DNA from: Octopus vulgaris | Lineage: Eukaryota | Direction: 5' to 3' | DNA length: 64,000 nucleotides | NCBI GenBank assembly: GCA_951406725.2 | Contig: OX597829.1 | Span: 34,038,001-34,102,000, forward strand | Shown: positions 25,780-37,935 of the stretch, one piece after another | Layout: each line of letters opens with the position of its first letter | How positions within the stretch are numbered: the first letter of the stretch is position 1 | Program-made: the position numbers and the translations under genes | Notes under the pieces: model-generated | Databases searched by the model: none | What the model was told of the DNA's origin: nothing | Seen by the model: only the letters and a program-made list of their open reading frames with translations

Positions 25780-27355
25780 GCATACACAGACACACAAACC
25801 TTTAGACACATACCTTTAGACACACGCACATCAATGTACACATAACCACATACACTCACATACTCAAGCACATGCGCGTACACACATTAAAATGAACACA
25901 ACCTGACACACTTCTCCACGGTCACACACACACACACATATATATATATACAATACACGCACACACACATACACATGTACATACACACACACCAGCACAG
26001 ATGCCCACATATACCTCCAACAAACAATACTCATGCAGATACGCACACACTTATACACACATGGGCACAGACACACACACACATACACGCACGTAAGCGC
26101 ACACACGCACACGCACACAAGCACACGCACGCACATTATGCCCACACAACTCAAAACCCCACACACGCACACACGCATACATTCACACACACACACACAT
26201 ACATACGTACATACATACATACATACATATATATGGGGTTGGCTGTATTGCAGGCGTGTGTCAGTGTATGTATGTGTGTGCCTGTGGATTCACATACACC
26301 CACACCAATTTTTTTTCCATCAATCTTTCAATTATAACGTGTGTGCGTGCATACATATATATATACACACATATAAACCTCTACATTTGTACACACATGC
26401 ACATGTATACATACATTCACTCGCACACACATATATATACAATACACGCACACACACACATACACACGTACATACACACACCAGCACAGATGCCCACATA
26501 TACCTCCAACAAACAATATTCATACAGATACGCACACACTTATACACACATGGGCACAGACACACACACACATACACGCACGTAAGCGCACACATGCACA
26601 CACACGCACATTACGCCCACACAACTCAAAAAAAAACCCCACACAAATTCACATACACACCGATACATATACATACACACAATATATGCCTACACGCGCA
26701 CACACACATACGTATACACATATAGGCACAGACACACACACATAAACATGCGCACACATATGCACGCGCACACGCACACACCCAAAACTCACAACCCCAC
26801 GGATACACGCATATACATCCATATACGCTTACACACACACATACAAACGCACACGTACACGCACACACAACTACATGCACATATGACACGCACGCACATA
26901 CATACACACACACACACAAATGAACCCATACATACATCCCATACACACGGCACACAATTATACATACACGCACACAATTATACATACATGTATACACACA
27001 TACAAGCACATACGCACACATACACTAAGTAAAGCACAGTTATTCGCCACACACCCAAACTCTACGCATACACACACGAACACACACATACACACACACA
27101 CACGCACACTACAAACAAAACACACACACGATACATATACATACATGCACACACACACATACTTCAAAGTAACAGTACTGACCTGTGGCAGGGACAAAAA
27201 ACACCACTCCTTATTCTACTAGCCCTACTACTAGCCCTTTGTTTACAGCCACAACCATACACACATACACACACATACACACACACGTGTCATCATTGCA
27301 CATATACACACACGCAGACCTCCACGCACGCACATATCCACACTTACACACACAT
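25780..27355. repeat. CA-rich low-complexity array with an internal ~240-bp duplication
   Basis: Direct reading. 25930-26165 recurs at 26425-26645. Confidence 0.9.
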
Positions 27356-27518
27356 TCCTCCCTCTATCATTCTGCTGTCTTTGACAATACTACTCTTCTG
27401 TCTTTGAAAACATCTTTCTTCACCCTTTTCCTTCCGGTCTTTCAAAATATGACCTCGTGTGTACCGTTGGCGATTTTTTTCCTCTGTCTTCCCTTCTCTG
27501 GATCTTTCCTTCTCCTAT

Positions 27519-27553
27519 GTTTCCGACGAAGAGCTCCGCTCAAAACGATAAAC
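27519..27553 (+). ncRNA. Degenerate minimal hammerhead ribozyme relic
   Basis: gttt-CCGACGA-a-gagc-tcc-gctc-AAAA-cg-AT-aaac. Stems I and II pair, but several core positions deviate. Confidence 0.5.
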
Positions 27554-28340
27554 CCTCCTTCTTTCCTGAGCGTCCAATAATACTATATTTGTTTCACGTC
27601 CTCGCGTTGTGTTTTTTTTTGAGTTTTCTAGTTTGGATTAACTATATATATATATGTATGTAGTGAATCTTGCATGCATGAAGTGAATTTGATCCACCAT
27701 AGCCAAATTTAAATTAACACTGCAACAGAACTGTTCCCAAGGTGGAACAATGGTTTTTCTCTGACAGCAGTTTTACATTTTCCAGGTGCCTTCACCACTT
27801 GACCCTTTAAGACCACCAATTAAATCTATTGTTCTCAATGATATATCTATCCTTCTGGATCTTTATATAAGCAAGCACACCTCAAACAAAAATCAGTTCG
27901 TCACAGTCATGACGACTCAATGTAGTTAGTCACCTTGTGACAAAGTCGTGAGTTGAGAGAGAGCTAACATCAGTTAGTGAACCGACCACTAGAATCATGG
28001 AGGCAAGCAGACAAAACGGCCAGAGGGAAAAAGAAAGACAACGTCCCACACTCACTAGCTCCAATTCTGTTCTCTTACAACATCATTCTATCTCTCTCTG
28101 TAATTACTACTAAACAATGAAGAGGACACAAACTTTACTTCACATGCTTTTGGATGTATCAAAACCTGCCCATCGAGGCAAGATATTTGTAACGTGCAAT
28201 TATATCAACAAACTTTTTATCGTTGCATCTACTGACCATAACATATCATAATATTGTCTACTAATCAATTTAAAACCGTTACATATACATATCATCATCA
28301 TATATATATGCATGTATATATATATACACACACAAACATA

Positions 28341-28755
28341 TAAAAGAAGAAAATGGAAATTGGGAAGTTAATAATTGTTTTTAATTAACAGCAAATTGGT
28401 CATCTTCACTTACAGCTGTTTCTATTCATACTCAATAAACATTAAATTTACATTTATGCAACATGAGCATAATATTATCAGAAGTAAAAAACATGTACCT
28501 TTGGATGCTATATATGTGTGTTTGTGAATTCATTTAAGTAGACTAAGTCTGAGTCTGCTAAAATGAATTCACAAACACACACATATAGCATCCAAGGGTA
28601 CATCTTTTTTACTTCTGATAATATTATGCTCATGTTGCATAAATGTAAATTTAATGTTTATTGAGTATGAATAGAAATGGCTGTAAGTGAAGATGACCAA
28701 TTTGCTGTTAATTAAAAACAATTATTAACATCCCAATTTCCATTTTCTTCTTTTA
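28341..28755. repeat. ~415-bp near-perfect palindrome with a hammerhead relic in each arm
   Basis: Arms of ~200 bp are reverse complements with few mismatches around a ~7-nt centre at ~28545-28551. Confidence 0.95.
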
Positions 28756-28934
28756 AATGAATATAAACTATGTTTTTATATACACCTATTATTTTAGGGA
28801 AATTAATTCCTCAAACATACTAGCTATTGAACCAATATTTCCTTGGATGAAACCATTCCTTCATGAGGTTAGCACAACCTCTCCCTCTCTCTCTCTCTCT
28901 CTACACACACACATATATATATATATGTGATAGG

Positions 28935-30265
28935 GTAGTTAAGCTGAGACTAATCTTCGATAAATCACAGTCTGGGCTGGCTGATGATCAGAAAGACAAA
29001 TTTCATGAGGTCTTTTTGAAGACTACCTCAATAACAAGTGACAGAGGCTTGGTTATTATGGCTAGTGACTTCAGTGGACAAGTTGGACAGCATTCCCATG
29101 GATTCTATGGTGTGCATAGGGGTTACAATTTTTGATCTACAAATGAGAAGTGAACAAGGTTGCTGGAGTTCTGTGGTGTAAATGATCTGTGATGCTAACT
29201 TCAAGAAACCAGTCAGCCACCTTGTCATCTATCAGTCTGGTGGATACATAAGCCAGATTGATTGCATCCTCACCCCCCAGTGAGATAGACAGATGTTTGA
29301 AAATGTAAAGTCTTTCCCAGGTGAGGAATGTACAACCCAACATAGGTTACTAGTTAGTGACTTTAAAATTAGAGCTGGAAGGATTCAGATAAATAAACTA
29401 GTCTGGACAGGGAGGTTATGAAAGCTCAAAGACCCAGCTAACAGACAGAAATTTAGAAATATTCTAATGGAAGCTTCTGACAAGAAAGAGGTGACGTTGG
29501 GAACATACAACTTAGAGCAGTGCTTCTCAAACTATATGATGTAGTGTACTGGCAGGTTTTTTTTCCAATGTGCCAGGGGCCAGTAATATTTCTTAGTAAT
29601 ATTAACTTATACCAGAAACAATATATATAATGAAAATAATAAAAGTTGACAATTTTTTTATGTTATATTTATTTTGTAAACAAATAATATAGTATTACAT
29701 AAGCATTTTATAATCTTAATCTTTGCTAATGTGAAAGGTGAACCTGCTTCTTCTTTGTCAGTTTATCTGCTATTGTTTCTTTCTTTTCTGGAAACTCGCA
29801 GCATACCAGCAGCTGATGGCTCGCAGACTGGCACCAGTCTGCAGACCACCATTTTGAGTAGCACTGGCTTAGAGGACAATTGGAAGTTCTTGTGGGACAG
29901 TCTACTGAGGGCTACTGGTGCAAAGTCCCAGCTAGGCTAAGGGTGACATAGTGGTGGAACAAGAACGTAGACAACGCTATAAAAGAGACTGGCCTGAAAA
30001 GACTGGAATGATGGTGGAAGCAGAGAATTATATCAGGTGGTTAGAAAGAAGGCTTAGCAGCAGGTTTACATAGCAAAAGGAAAAGCAGAAAATGTAATAC
30101 AGAATGAGAATCAATTGCTTGAGGTGTTCAGAATTGCAAAGCAGTGTATCAGAGAGAATAAAAATGTTGTAGGTGAGAAATGTGTATGAATGGATAATGG
30201 TATGCTTGCACTTAGTGATTCAGGGAAGAAAGAGGCATGGAAGTGCCACAATGAAAGATTGCTAA
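28935..30265 (+). mobile_element. RTE LINE endonuclease/linker fragment, interrupted by a MITE
   Basis: IMASDFSGQVG, GFYGVHRGY, SQIDCIL, PGEECTTQHRLLVSDF, KKEAWKCHNERLL. Confidence 0.8.
29518..29866. mobile_element. hAT (Charlie-like) MITE
   Basis: TIRs cagtgcttctcaaa / tttgagtagcactg. 8-bp TSD acttagag / gcttagag. Confidence 0.85.
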
Positions 30266-30679
30266 GAGTGGTTTCAAGAATGAGACAGAATTGCCTCGAA
30301 AATATTTCATCTGCACGTAAGAAATTCCTCTCTTCTCTCTTCTTTAAGCAACTTTGTATGATGTTGAATTTAACTTCATTTGTGTCTCAAGTTATGCCAT
30401 GCTGAAGTTTTCAAAGGGGGACGCAATGGTAAAAAAACTTTAAAAACTTTTCGTTTTGGGATTTGCTTTGCAAGATTCTTTATATGAGTTCGTGTGTTGA
30501 AGCATATTCTGTTGTGTCTGGGGAGAGTCATTCTCTTTTAGTGCCTTTTTATTTTATGTAAGTGAAAAAGAATTAAAAATGCACAATATTCAACTTAATG
30601 ATTATCTCTCTTTAACAGTACATTTACCAGAAGCAAATTACATGTATAAATACATAGATATTTTTTTCTTCATCTCCCC

Positions 30680-31560
30680 TCAGATTCTTCTGCTAGATTC
30701 CTGCTGCCTTGTAGTTTTTGCTTTCCATATGCAGCTTTTCATTTTCTGGATCAACAAACTAGTCCTCACTGAGCTCTTCAGGTTGACTCCAAATTTCCTT
30801 TTTGATAGTTTCCAGTAATTGTTTCACTTGAAAAGGTCTTGATGCATTGATTCTTCATTGAGATATGCATAGCCTTTTTCTTTCTGATTCCACTGATCAC
30901 AATCTTAACCAATACCAAGCAATGTTCACTGCCGGTGTTGCAAGGTGATACTACTGAAACATCCTGCAATATGCACTGTTTATTGACCAGCATATAATCC
31001 ATTTCATTTTTGTATTGAGCATTTGGGGCTATCCAGGTCAGTTTCCTTCCTGTATAGGCTGTTCCCAATATAAGGCTTTCTTGTTTCTGCCATGGTAAAC
31101 AAATATTATCCTCTTTTTTGTTTCTTTTTCACAAACATATTTCTCTCCCTGTTGTCCTTTTCTAACCTTTGCTTTGAAATCTACCGTCAGTATGGTGTAA
31201 GTTGATTTGTGTGCAAGTGCTTCCTCTTGCTCTTTGCAGAATCCTTCTACTTCATTGTCTTTGCTTGTATTTGTGGGAGAATAGGTTCAGATGATCCTCA
31301 GGGTGACATTCCTTGAGCAACAACTGTTTAGCATTACAATGCATGACAGTAACTGATAAGAAATAATTTTCAAAACCTGTTTATTTTTTCTTTACTTATG
31401 GTAAATCCTATACCACCTGATGCTCTGGCGCTTTCTGCTTTTCCCAGTCTCTCAACACTTCTATCTGCCTATCTCACATTTATTTATTTCCTTTGATGTA
31501 TTTCACAGAGCCCTAGCACATTGCATTTAGGTTTCCTTTTCTTTTCCAATAGTGGCTATT
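30680..31560 (-). mobile_element. RTE LINE APE endonuclease fragment
   Basis: TYSPT..EVEGF, TVDFKAKV, LTWIAPNAQYKNEMDYML...QDVSV...GSEHCLV. Confidence 0.8.
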
Positions 31561-31666
31561 GCTTTCAGTGGCAATATTGAGTTGTTCTGACTCTTATTTC
31601 TAGCAATACTGGTGCTGATTAGTGCCTTATGTCACTTTAGTGACACACACATATATATATATATTT

Positions 31667-31988
31667 AAATGGAGGAATGAATTATCCTTTGTTTACTGTT
31701 AACATGGAAAATTCAATAAACAGTTACCAGGGTAGCAAAATTCACGCAAGTAACACGGATGAAGTGACCTATTCAAAGGTAGAAACTCTGGGTTAATGTG
31801 CAGTAATTTGTGTATTATAAGTAAATAAATGGAGTTGAACGAAGATGTTATTAAAATTCTTTTACTTTTGACATATGTTTCGAAGACAACATGGTATTAT
31901 TCCAAAGGAATAAACAGTGTAAAATGCAATCTTATGTCGAAAGTAAAAGAATTTTAATAACATCTTCATTCAACTCCATTTATTTACT

Positions 31989-31992
<4 letters not shown>
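31667..31992 (-). mobile_element. Penelope-like terminal repeat with terminal inversion
   Basis: Paralogue of 987-1258. Bases 31933-31992 are the reverse complement of 31816-31875. Confidence 0.75.
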
Positions 31993-32051
<59 letters not shown>

Positions 32052-32189
32052 GGGGTTTGAAAATTGTTTCTTAAGGAGCTCTAAAATTTGTCATTTTGAT
32101 CATCAACCAATCCAGACTGTGGAACATAGGCAGAGATAAATGAACTGTTGATTTATCAAAGATTAGTCTCAGCTTAACAACCGTATCGC

Positions 32190-32225
<36 letters not shown>

Positions 32226-32227
<2 letters not shown>

Positions 32228-32695
32228 TTCTTCCCCGTCTGTCTTGATAGACAATGGGTTGCGCCAAGAGTGGGGCCTACTTTGATAATGTGCAGCGTCT
32301 GCTGTGACTGAACAGTCCAATTCTAGAGTGGCAGTCCTTGGTACAGTTGCTGCACACGAACATCGATGGGTACGTGTGGGGTGTTGCTGCAGTTGTCCTC
32401 CTCCTGTCCCGCCTGTCCAACCACAGCTGTGCTCTCCTCTCCTCAGCCATGGAAACGCCTTTCCTCACCGTCCGACGCCAGGCATACCGTCGTGAAAGGA
32501 GGTGATGAGTTTCAGCAGTCTGGGAGGGCAACCTATCCTACCCAGGAGCGCAAACAGCCCCTCCCTGCAGACTGAGTCAAACGCCTTAGCCAGGTCGATG
32601 AAGGCCACGTATAGGGGCTGTCTCTGTTCTTGACTCTTTTCTTGAAGCTGCCTGAGTGAGAAGATCATGTCAATTGTAGACCTCTCTGCACAATC
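32226..32695 (-). mobile_element. Young GC-rich RTE-BovB-like LINE with internal deletion
   Basis: ERSTIDMIFSLRQLQEK..EQRQPLYVAFIDLAKAFDSV.REGLF..L.RIGCPP...SFHDGM is fused out of frame to AWRRTVRKG...FVCSNCTKDCHSRIGLFSHSRRC. Confidence 0.9.
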
Positions 32696-33170
32696 TAGCA
32701 TGTCCTGAGCAATTTTCTACAATTGACATGATGAGGTCTACAATATATATATATATATATAAATTTAATTAACATGTAACAGGCACTAGCACATTTGCAT
32801 CCACATGCACTCACACATACCAACACACATACATACACATACCAACACACACACACCCTCACCAGTGTTACTCTTGCTGCACCCAGATACCTAGGCACTA
32901 CCAGTTTCCTGTCCATCCATGCAGTCAACCAATCTTACTTTGGCAGCACCACATGACCTGCCTTGACCAATAGCAGCTTATTTTCCAGTAATCATCTTGG
33001 ACATCCTGTTTTTCCATTCAGTAATCTAATCCTGAAAGAGACAGGTTTCTGTTAGAGGCCCACAGAACTTTAAGTAACGTGGAGTTGAATCAAACTATTT
33101 TAAATAATACATGTAACTCCTGCTAAATATGTTGAGGGCCTTTTTTTTCGTTTTGTTCACTCACTCATAC

Positions 33171-33202
<32 letters not shown>

Positions 33203-33204
<2 letters not shown>

Positions 33205-33665
33205 GAAAGTGGTACAATTGCTTCAAACATGGTTGCACCTTAGTGGAATGCAAGGCATGCTCAGGCAGGCCATCTACAAGCCAAAATGAGGAGCCAACTG
33301 AGGTGGTTCTGTGAATAGACACAGCATCAGTGCATTTAATTTTAACAAAGAATTTGTCCCCAAGACAAAGCAGCAGAAGCAACTTCAAATGGAAATCGCT
33401 CAGGACATGCTAGATTGTGCAAACTGCAACCCAGACTTCATGAAGGCCATCATCACTGGTGATGAAACACGGGTTTATGGTCTCTGCTAGATGTATTTGG
33501 TCATTTTGCATGAAAATAAAAATCTGATGAGCATGCACTACATATCTGTACTCTAGGCATAACAGCTGGGGATTTACATAGCTTACTGGCACAAAACTTT
33601 TATACATGGACTGAGAGGATGGCATCACCTCCCACCCAGAAGATTTTGCCCAGTACTTCAAAACA
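33203..33665 (+). mobile_element. Mariner transposase relic
   Basis: KWYNCFKHG...SGRPSTS, FVP, AQDMLDCANCNPDFMKAIITGDETRVYG (GDETW motif). Confidence 0.8.
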
Positions 33666-34219
33666 TTTTCATTTTCGTTTATTTATTTTTCATTTATTAA
33701 GTGACTGTTAATTTAAATCTGTGAGTCATTATAGTGTGCATATGAGTATTCATATGAATTTGTGTAAAGTTGTCATTTTGTAGTTTTCTTTTGACATAAA
33801 TTCCAGTATTTTGCCCTAATTATACCTCTATGGTATATCTGTTTTACATGCATTTTAGTTAAATTAAAAATTCAGTATTGGTCACATTTCTTCTATATGA
33901 AAATTTTGTTATATAACCAGCTGAACCAATTGTGATATTTACACAAAATCTAAATAAATTTGCATTCTACTTGAATTTACATGTAATTAGAATTGCTTTG
34001 AGAGAAGCATTACTTAAGAACTTTTTGTTGTATTCCAAAATCCACATTAATATGCCAATAAAAATGTTATAGTTGTATAAAACCAGCCTAAATTTATTAC
34101 TAATTAGAAATAATAATGAAGGTTAATGGTATTGGTAGATACAGAACATGAAATTGATAAACTGCAAGCTAATAGGAAACAAAAAAATTTTGATGTAACT
34201 TATGGAATACACTTCAGTT

Positions 34220-34440
34220 GTGGATGCTTTAAGAAGGAGGAGGAGGCAGAGGTTGAATAATGTGTGAGGCAAGGATTCCAAGGGGTTACCATTCCAAGGA
34301 AAAAAGACTGAGGAAAATATTTAATATGGAATCTTGGAAGAAAGTACAGAAAAGATGACAAAAGGAGGAATAATGAATAGGCAGAACGATTCTGGAGAGA
34401 GAGTGTATGCAGCTCCTATATGTGCCAAGTGGTTGAGCTA
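34220..34440 (-). mobile_element. CR1/Jockey-group LINE 3' fragment
   Basis: Minus strand reads FPQSFFLGMVTPWNP (cf. SFFP.T...WNSLP). Confidence 0.45.
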
Positions 34441-34446
34441 ACATAT

Positions 34447-35553
34447 ACTAGCTAATGAAAAATGCAAACTCATAGTAACAATATTCTTAACAATTAAACC
34501 TGGAAAAGTAGAGGACAAGAAAAACTCATTAAAATCAGAGCTTAAAATATTTGCTACTAAAATTAAAATTTCAAATTTTTTTTATTAATTCATTTAGTAC
34601 AAAAAATAAAAAAGGAAAAGTGAAATTAATTAAAGTTTTGAAAAAATATGAAAAAGGACCTAAGAGGTATTTTTATCTTAAACCTTAGATTACTTAATAA
34701 AAACATTTTTTTAATAGATTGATAGGAAAATTTCATATAAACATCTACATCAAATGAATTTGGAAAAATTGCAAATAGTTTTTATCTTATATGATCAAAT
34801 TAAAAAGATACAAAAAATAAACTTTTGGCATTATTAATGTTACTAAATAATGCAAATAATATAAAATATTAATTCAAACTTTCATGTAAATTTTCTAATA
34901 AAAAAATTAAGAATTTATAAATATATAATAAACAAAATTATAAAAAATTAAAAGTCAACTCAATTGACAATAGAAAATTTTTTTTTTAAATTAAAAAACC
35001 GAAATATATTTGAGTGCAGGTATATGGTCTATTTTTTGGCATGCTAAATTATTTTTTTCATATCATGGTTGAATAATACAAGAACATATAAATTTGAAAT
35101 ACTTGACATAGTTTTTGTAATTTTGCCAATTCAAAAAATATCATTTTTAAAATAATCAATAAAATACGCATTAAAAAATTAAATAGTCTTCTTGTGCAAT
35201 GAATGAAATCAGGAGAGAAAAAAAGTTTAGCATGCCAAAAAATAGACCATACACCTGCACTCACATGTATTTCCTACACAAACTATAAAAAGAAGTTTTT
35301 TATTAAGTAAGTAATCTAAGGTTTAAGATAAAAAAATACCTCTTAGTTACTTCATTTTTTAAAAAATTCATTTAATTTCACTTTTCCTTTTTTATTTTAT
35401 TTTTTATACTAAATGAATAAAAAAAAATTAATTTTAATTCTAGCAGCAATATTTTAAGCTCTAATTTTAATGAGTTTTTTCTTGTCCTCTACTTTTCCAG
35501 GTTTAACTGTTAAGAATATTGTTACTATGTATCTGCAATTTTCATTGGCTAGT
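34447..35553. mobile_element. Foldback/MITE-like element with ~260-bp terminal inverted repeats and an inner ~50-bp inverted repeat
   Basis: 34447-34712 is the reverse complement of ~35290-35553. 35011-35058 is the reverse complement of ~35218-35263. Confidence 0.8.
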
Positions 35554-35769
35554 CCAGTATTTTTACAGGCACTGCAGTAACAGTAAAATTTTAATTAAAA
35601 ATATATAAAATTGCCATTTTTTGCTGTCATTTTGAATTCAAAAATTTCTAAGAAAATTCAAACAAAATTTTGATTTTTTCATTTGACTAATTCTAATTTA
35701 GGAATTAAATTAAAAACGAATGATAATCATTGCAACTTTGCCTTTTCTGGACATAATGTACATACTGTA

Positions 35770-36315
35770 ATTTCAGTACTGTACAGAGACGTTACAAATG
35801 AACATATTTAAAGAATTTTTTAAATAATGAAAAAAACAAAATGGGGTTACAAATTTAAGAAAATTATTTTATTTTAAATAAATTAAATTAAATTGATATT
35901 AAATAGAATATAATTACAAATAGCATTTGCCTTTTCTGAACAGCCTTACTACAGACTTCAGTACTGCTCAGAGACAAAGCCACAAATAATCATATTCTAT
36001 TTACGATAAAATTAATTAGTTCATGTATGATTAGTGTCCCTTTAATATCACGCAAAAATTGATAAAAATTTGAGAATTAAAATTAAATATCTGTTTTTTC
36101 TTTTGGATAAAATTTTACGAAACCTTTACCAATATATTCCTTTAATGTTTCTCTTTGATATTAATATAATTTCAGTACTGTACAGAGACAAAGTTACAAA
36201 TGAATATATTTAAAGAATTTTTAAAATAATGAAAAACAAAAATGAGGATACAAATTTAATAAAATGACTTTATTTTAAATAAATTAAATAAAATTAATAT
36301 TGAATCATATAATTC
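35770..36315 (+). repeat. AT-rich ~400-bp tandem unit, part of which recurs at 44757-45035
   Basis: ttcagtactgtacagagac... at 35772 and 36171. taattacaa.tagcatttg.cttttctgaacagcctt... at ~35911 and ~44762. Confidence 0.8.
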
Positions 36316-36532
36316 TGCTTGTTCCTTCCTTAGTTCATATGTCCGTTATGCTCTTCATATAATATATAAGAGGAGGAACAGAGAGATAGTGAGAGAGAAA
36401 GAGAGAGGGAGAGAGAGAGAGTGATGATAAAAGTGTGTGTGTATGTGGGTGTGAACATGTGACATTCTGTGTGTGCATCTATACATGTATGAATAGATAT
36501 GTGAAAACTGTAAATGAGGGATGGGATTTTTA

Positions 36533-37437
36533 TCTATATATCTAATGAAACGAATTTTAGAATTGAAATCAAACGTTATTCAAATGCAATCTGCTTTGGA
36601 CAAATATATCTATTTAATAAAATAAATAAATAAAACAAATTTTGAAATTGAAATAAGATGTTACTCAAAATAAGGAAGTTTTTTTTTTTTTTTGCAGGTG
36701 TGCAGTGGATGATATCTTCAACAATACATCTGAGAAAAAGAGAAGAAGCAGAGTAATTCTTTTACCAAGACAGCTTCCTGATCAGTGAAGAAGTTTTGAG
36801 ACAACTTCCAGGTGACTGCTGCACCTATTGTAGTACAGTTTTGACAGATGATCCTGCTGAGGCTGAGTGCTATCCACTTGAATTTCTAAACTCTTTGGCA
36901 CCATCAGGAATGCCTCCTCTTAAACTGAGTTTAAAACCCAGCTCAATAGTAATGCTTCTTTGTAACATTTCTATCCAGAATGGACTCTGCAGTGGTACAA
37001 GACTGGAAGTGGTAGCCATGCATCAACATTCAATTGAGGCTTCCTTGATTAGCAGCTCACTAATTGGCAGACATGTCCTCACCCCCAGAATAAAGCTGAA
37101 TCCAAGCGACCTTAACTTGTCATTCACCTTGGAGAGAACCCAGTTTCCTGTCCACTCGTCATATACCATGACTATTAACAAGTCACAGGGGCAGACATTT
37201 GAGAATGTGGGATTGTTCTTACCTCAGCCAGTGTTCAGTGACAGGCAGTTGTATGTTGCATGCTCTAGAACTTGCAAACTCTCAGATGTGAGGGTTAAGG
37301 TGATGGAGACAGACAGACAAAGGAGGAGAAGAGGGCAAACTGTTACTAAGAACATTGTCTGCCAAGAGTGGAGTGTTTTCAGAAATTCAGGAGACCCTTG
37401 ATTGCATTAGGTATGTGTCGTTGGTTTATATGTATAT

Positions 37438-37488
<51 letters not shown>

Positions 37489-37935
37489 AATTAAATGAAT
37501 ATCTTTCAAAAGAGGAAACTATTTATATGTCGCATGTATTATATAGTTTTGTACATATATAGGCCTATTGTTTTCTGTATTTATATCGGAGGAAACTGGC
37601 ATGACTCTATGTTGGCAGGGACTCTATGTACCACGGACTGATTGGCATTGGCAATCTTTGCACACATGGTGGACATTCCCAAGTATCTCTATGTGTCGTT
37701 TATTTTCCCAGCCTGTGAGTAAAAAAGGATAGAATTAATAGCTAAACTTTATGTATTTGTAAACAGAACTGTACAAACACACGCAATTTTAGTATTTTCT
37801 GCCTAAGTATCTCATTCTATTATATATAGAGAGATTTTAACTTCTTTCTTCAATACTTACATATTTATAGAAAAAGTTTATTATTTACTCAACATTCTGT
37901 TAATCAGTTTGTGGAAATTCCATGGGTCCCGCTAG
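36533..37935 (+). mobile_element. Helitron A (PIF1-like helicase C-terminus, 3' hairpin and CTAG); 5' boundary uncertain
   Basis: ORF 36796-37401 YPLEFLNSLAPSGMPP...NGLCSGTRL...PRIKL...QFPV...MTINKSQGQT...QLYVACSR. The end reads gtggaaattccat-gggtcccg-CTAG^t. Confidence 0.85.

Noticed and set aside
25864-27222. His/Thr-rich and Cys/Val-rich ORFs up to 230 aa
   Set aside because: These are translations of CA/TG microsatellite that is open in many frames on both strands.
36796-37401. Host PIF1 helicase gene
   Set aside because: Only the C-terminal part is present, motifs are degenerate, and it is followed by a Helitron hairpin-CTAG end with two paralogous fragments nearby.
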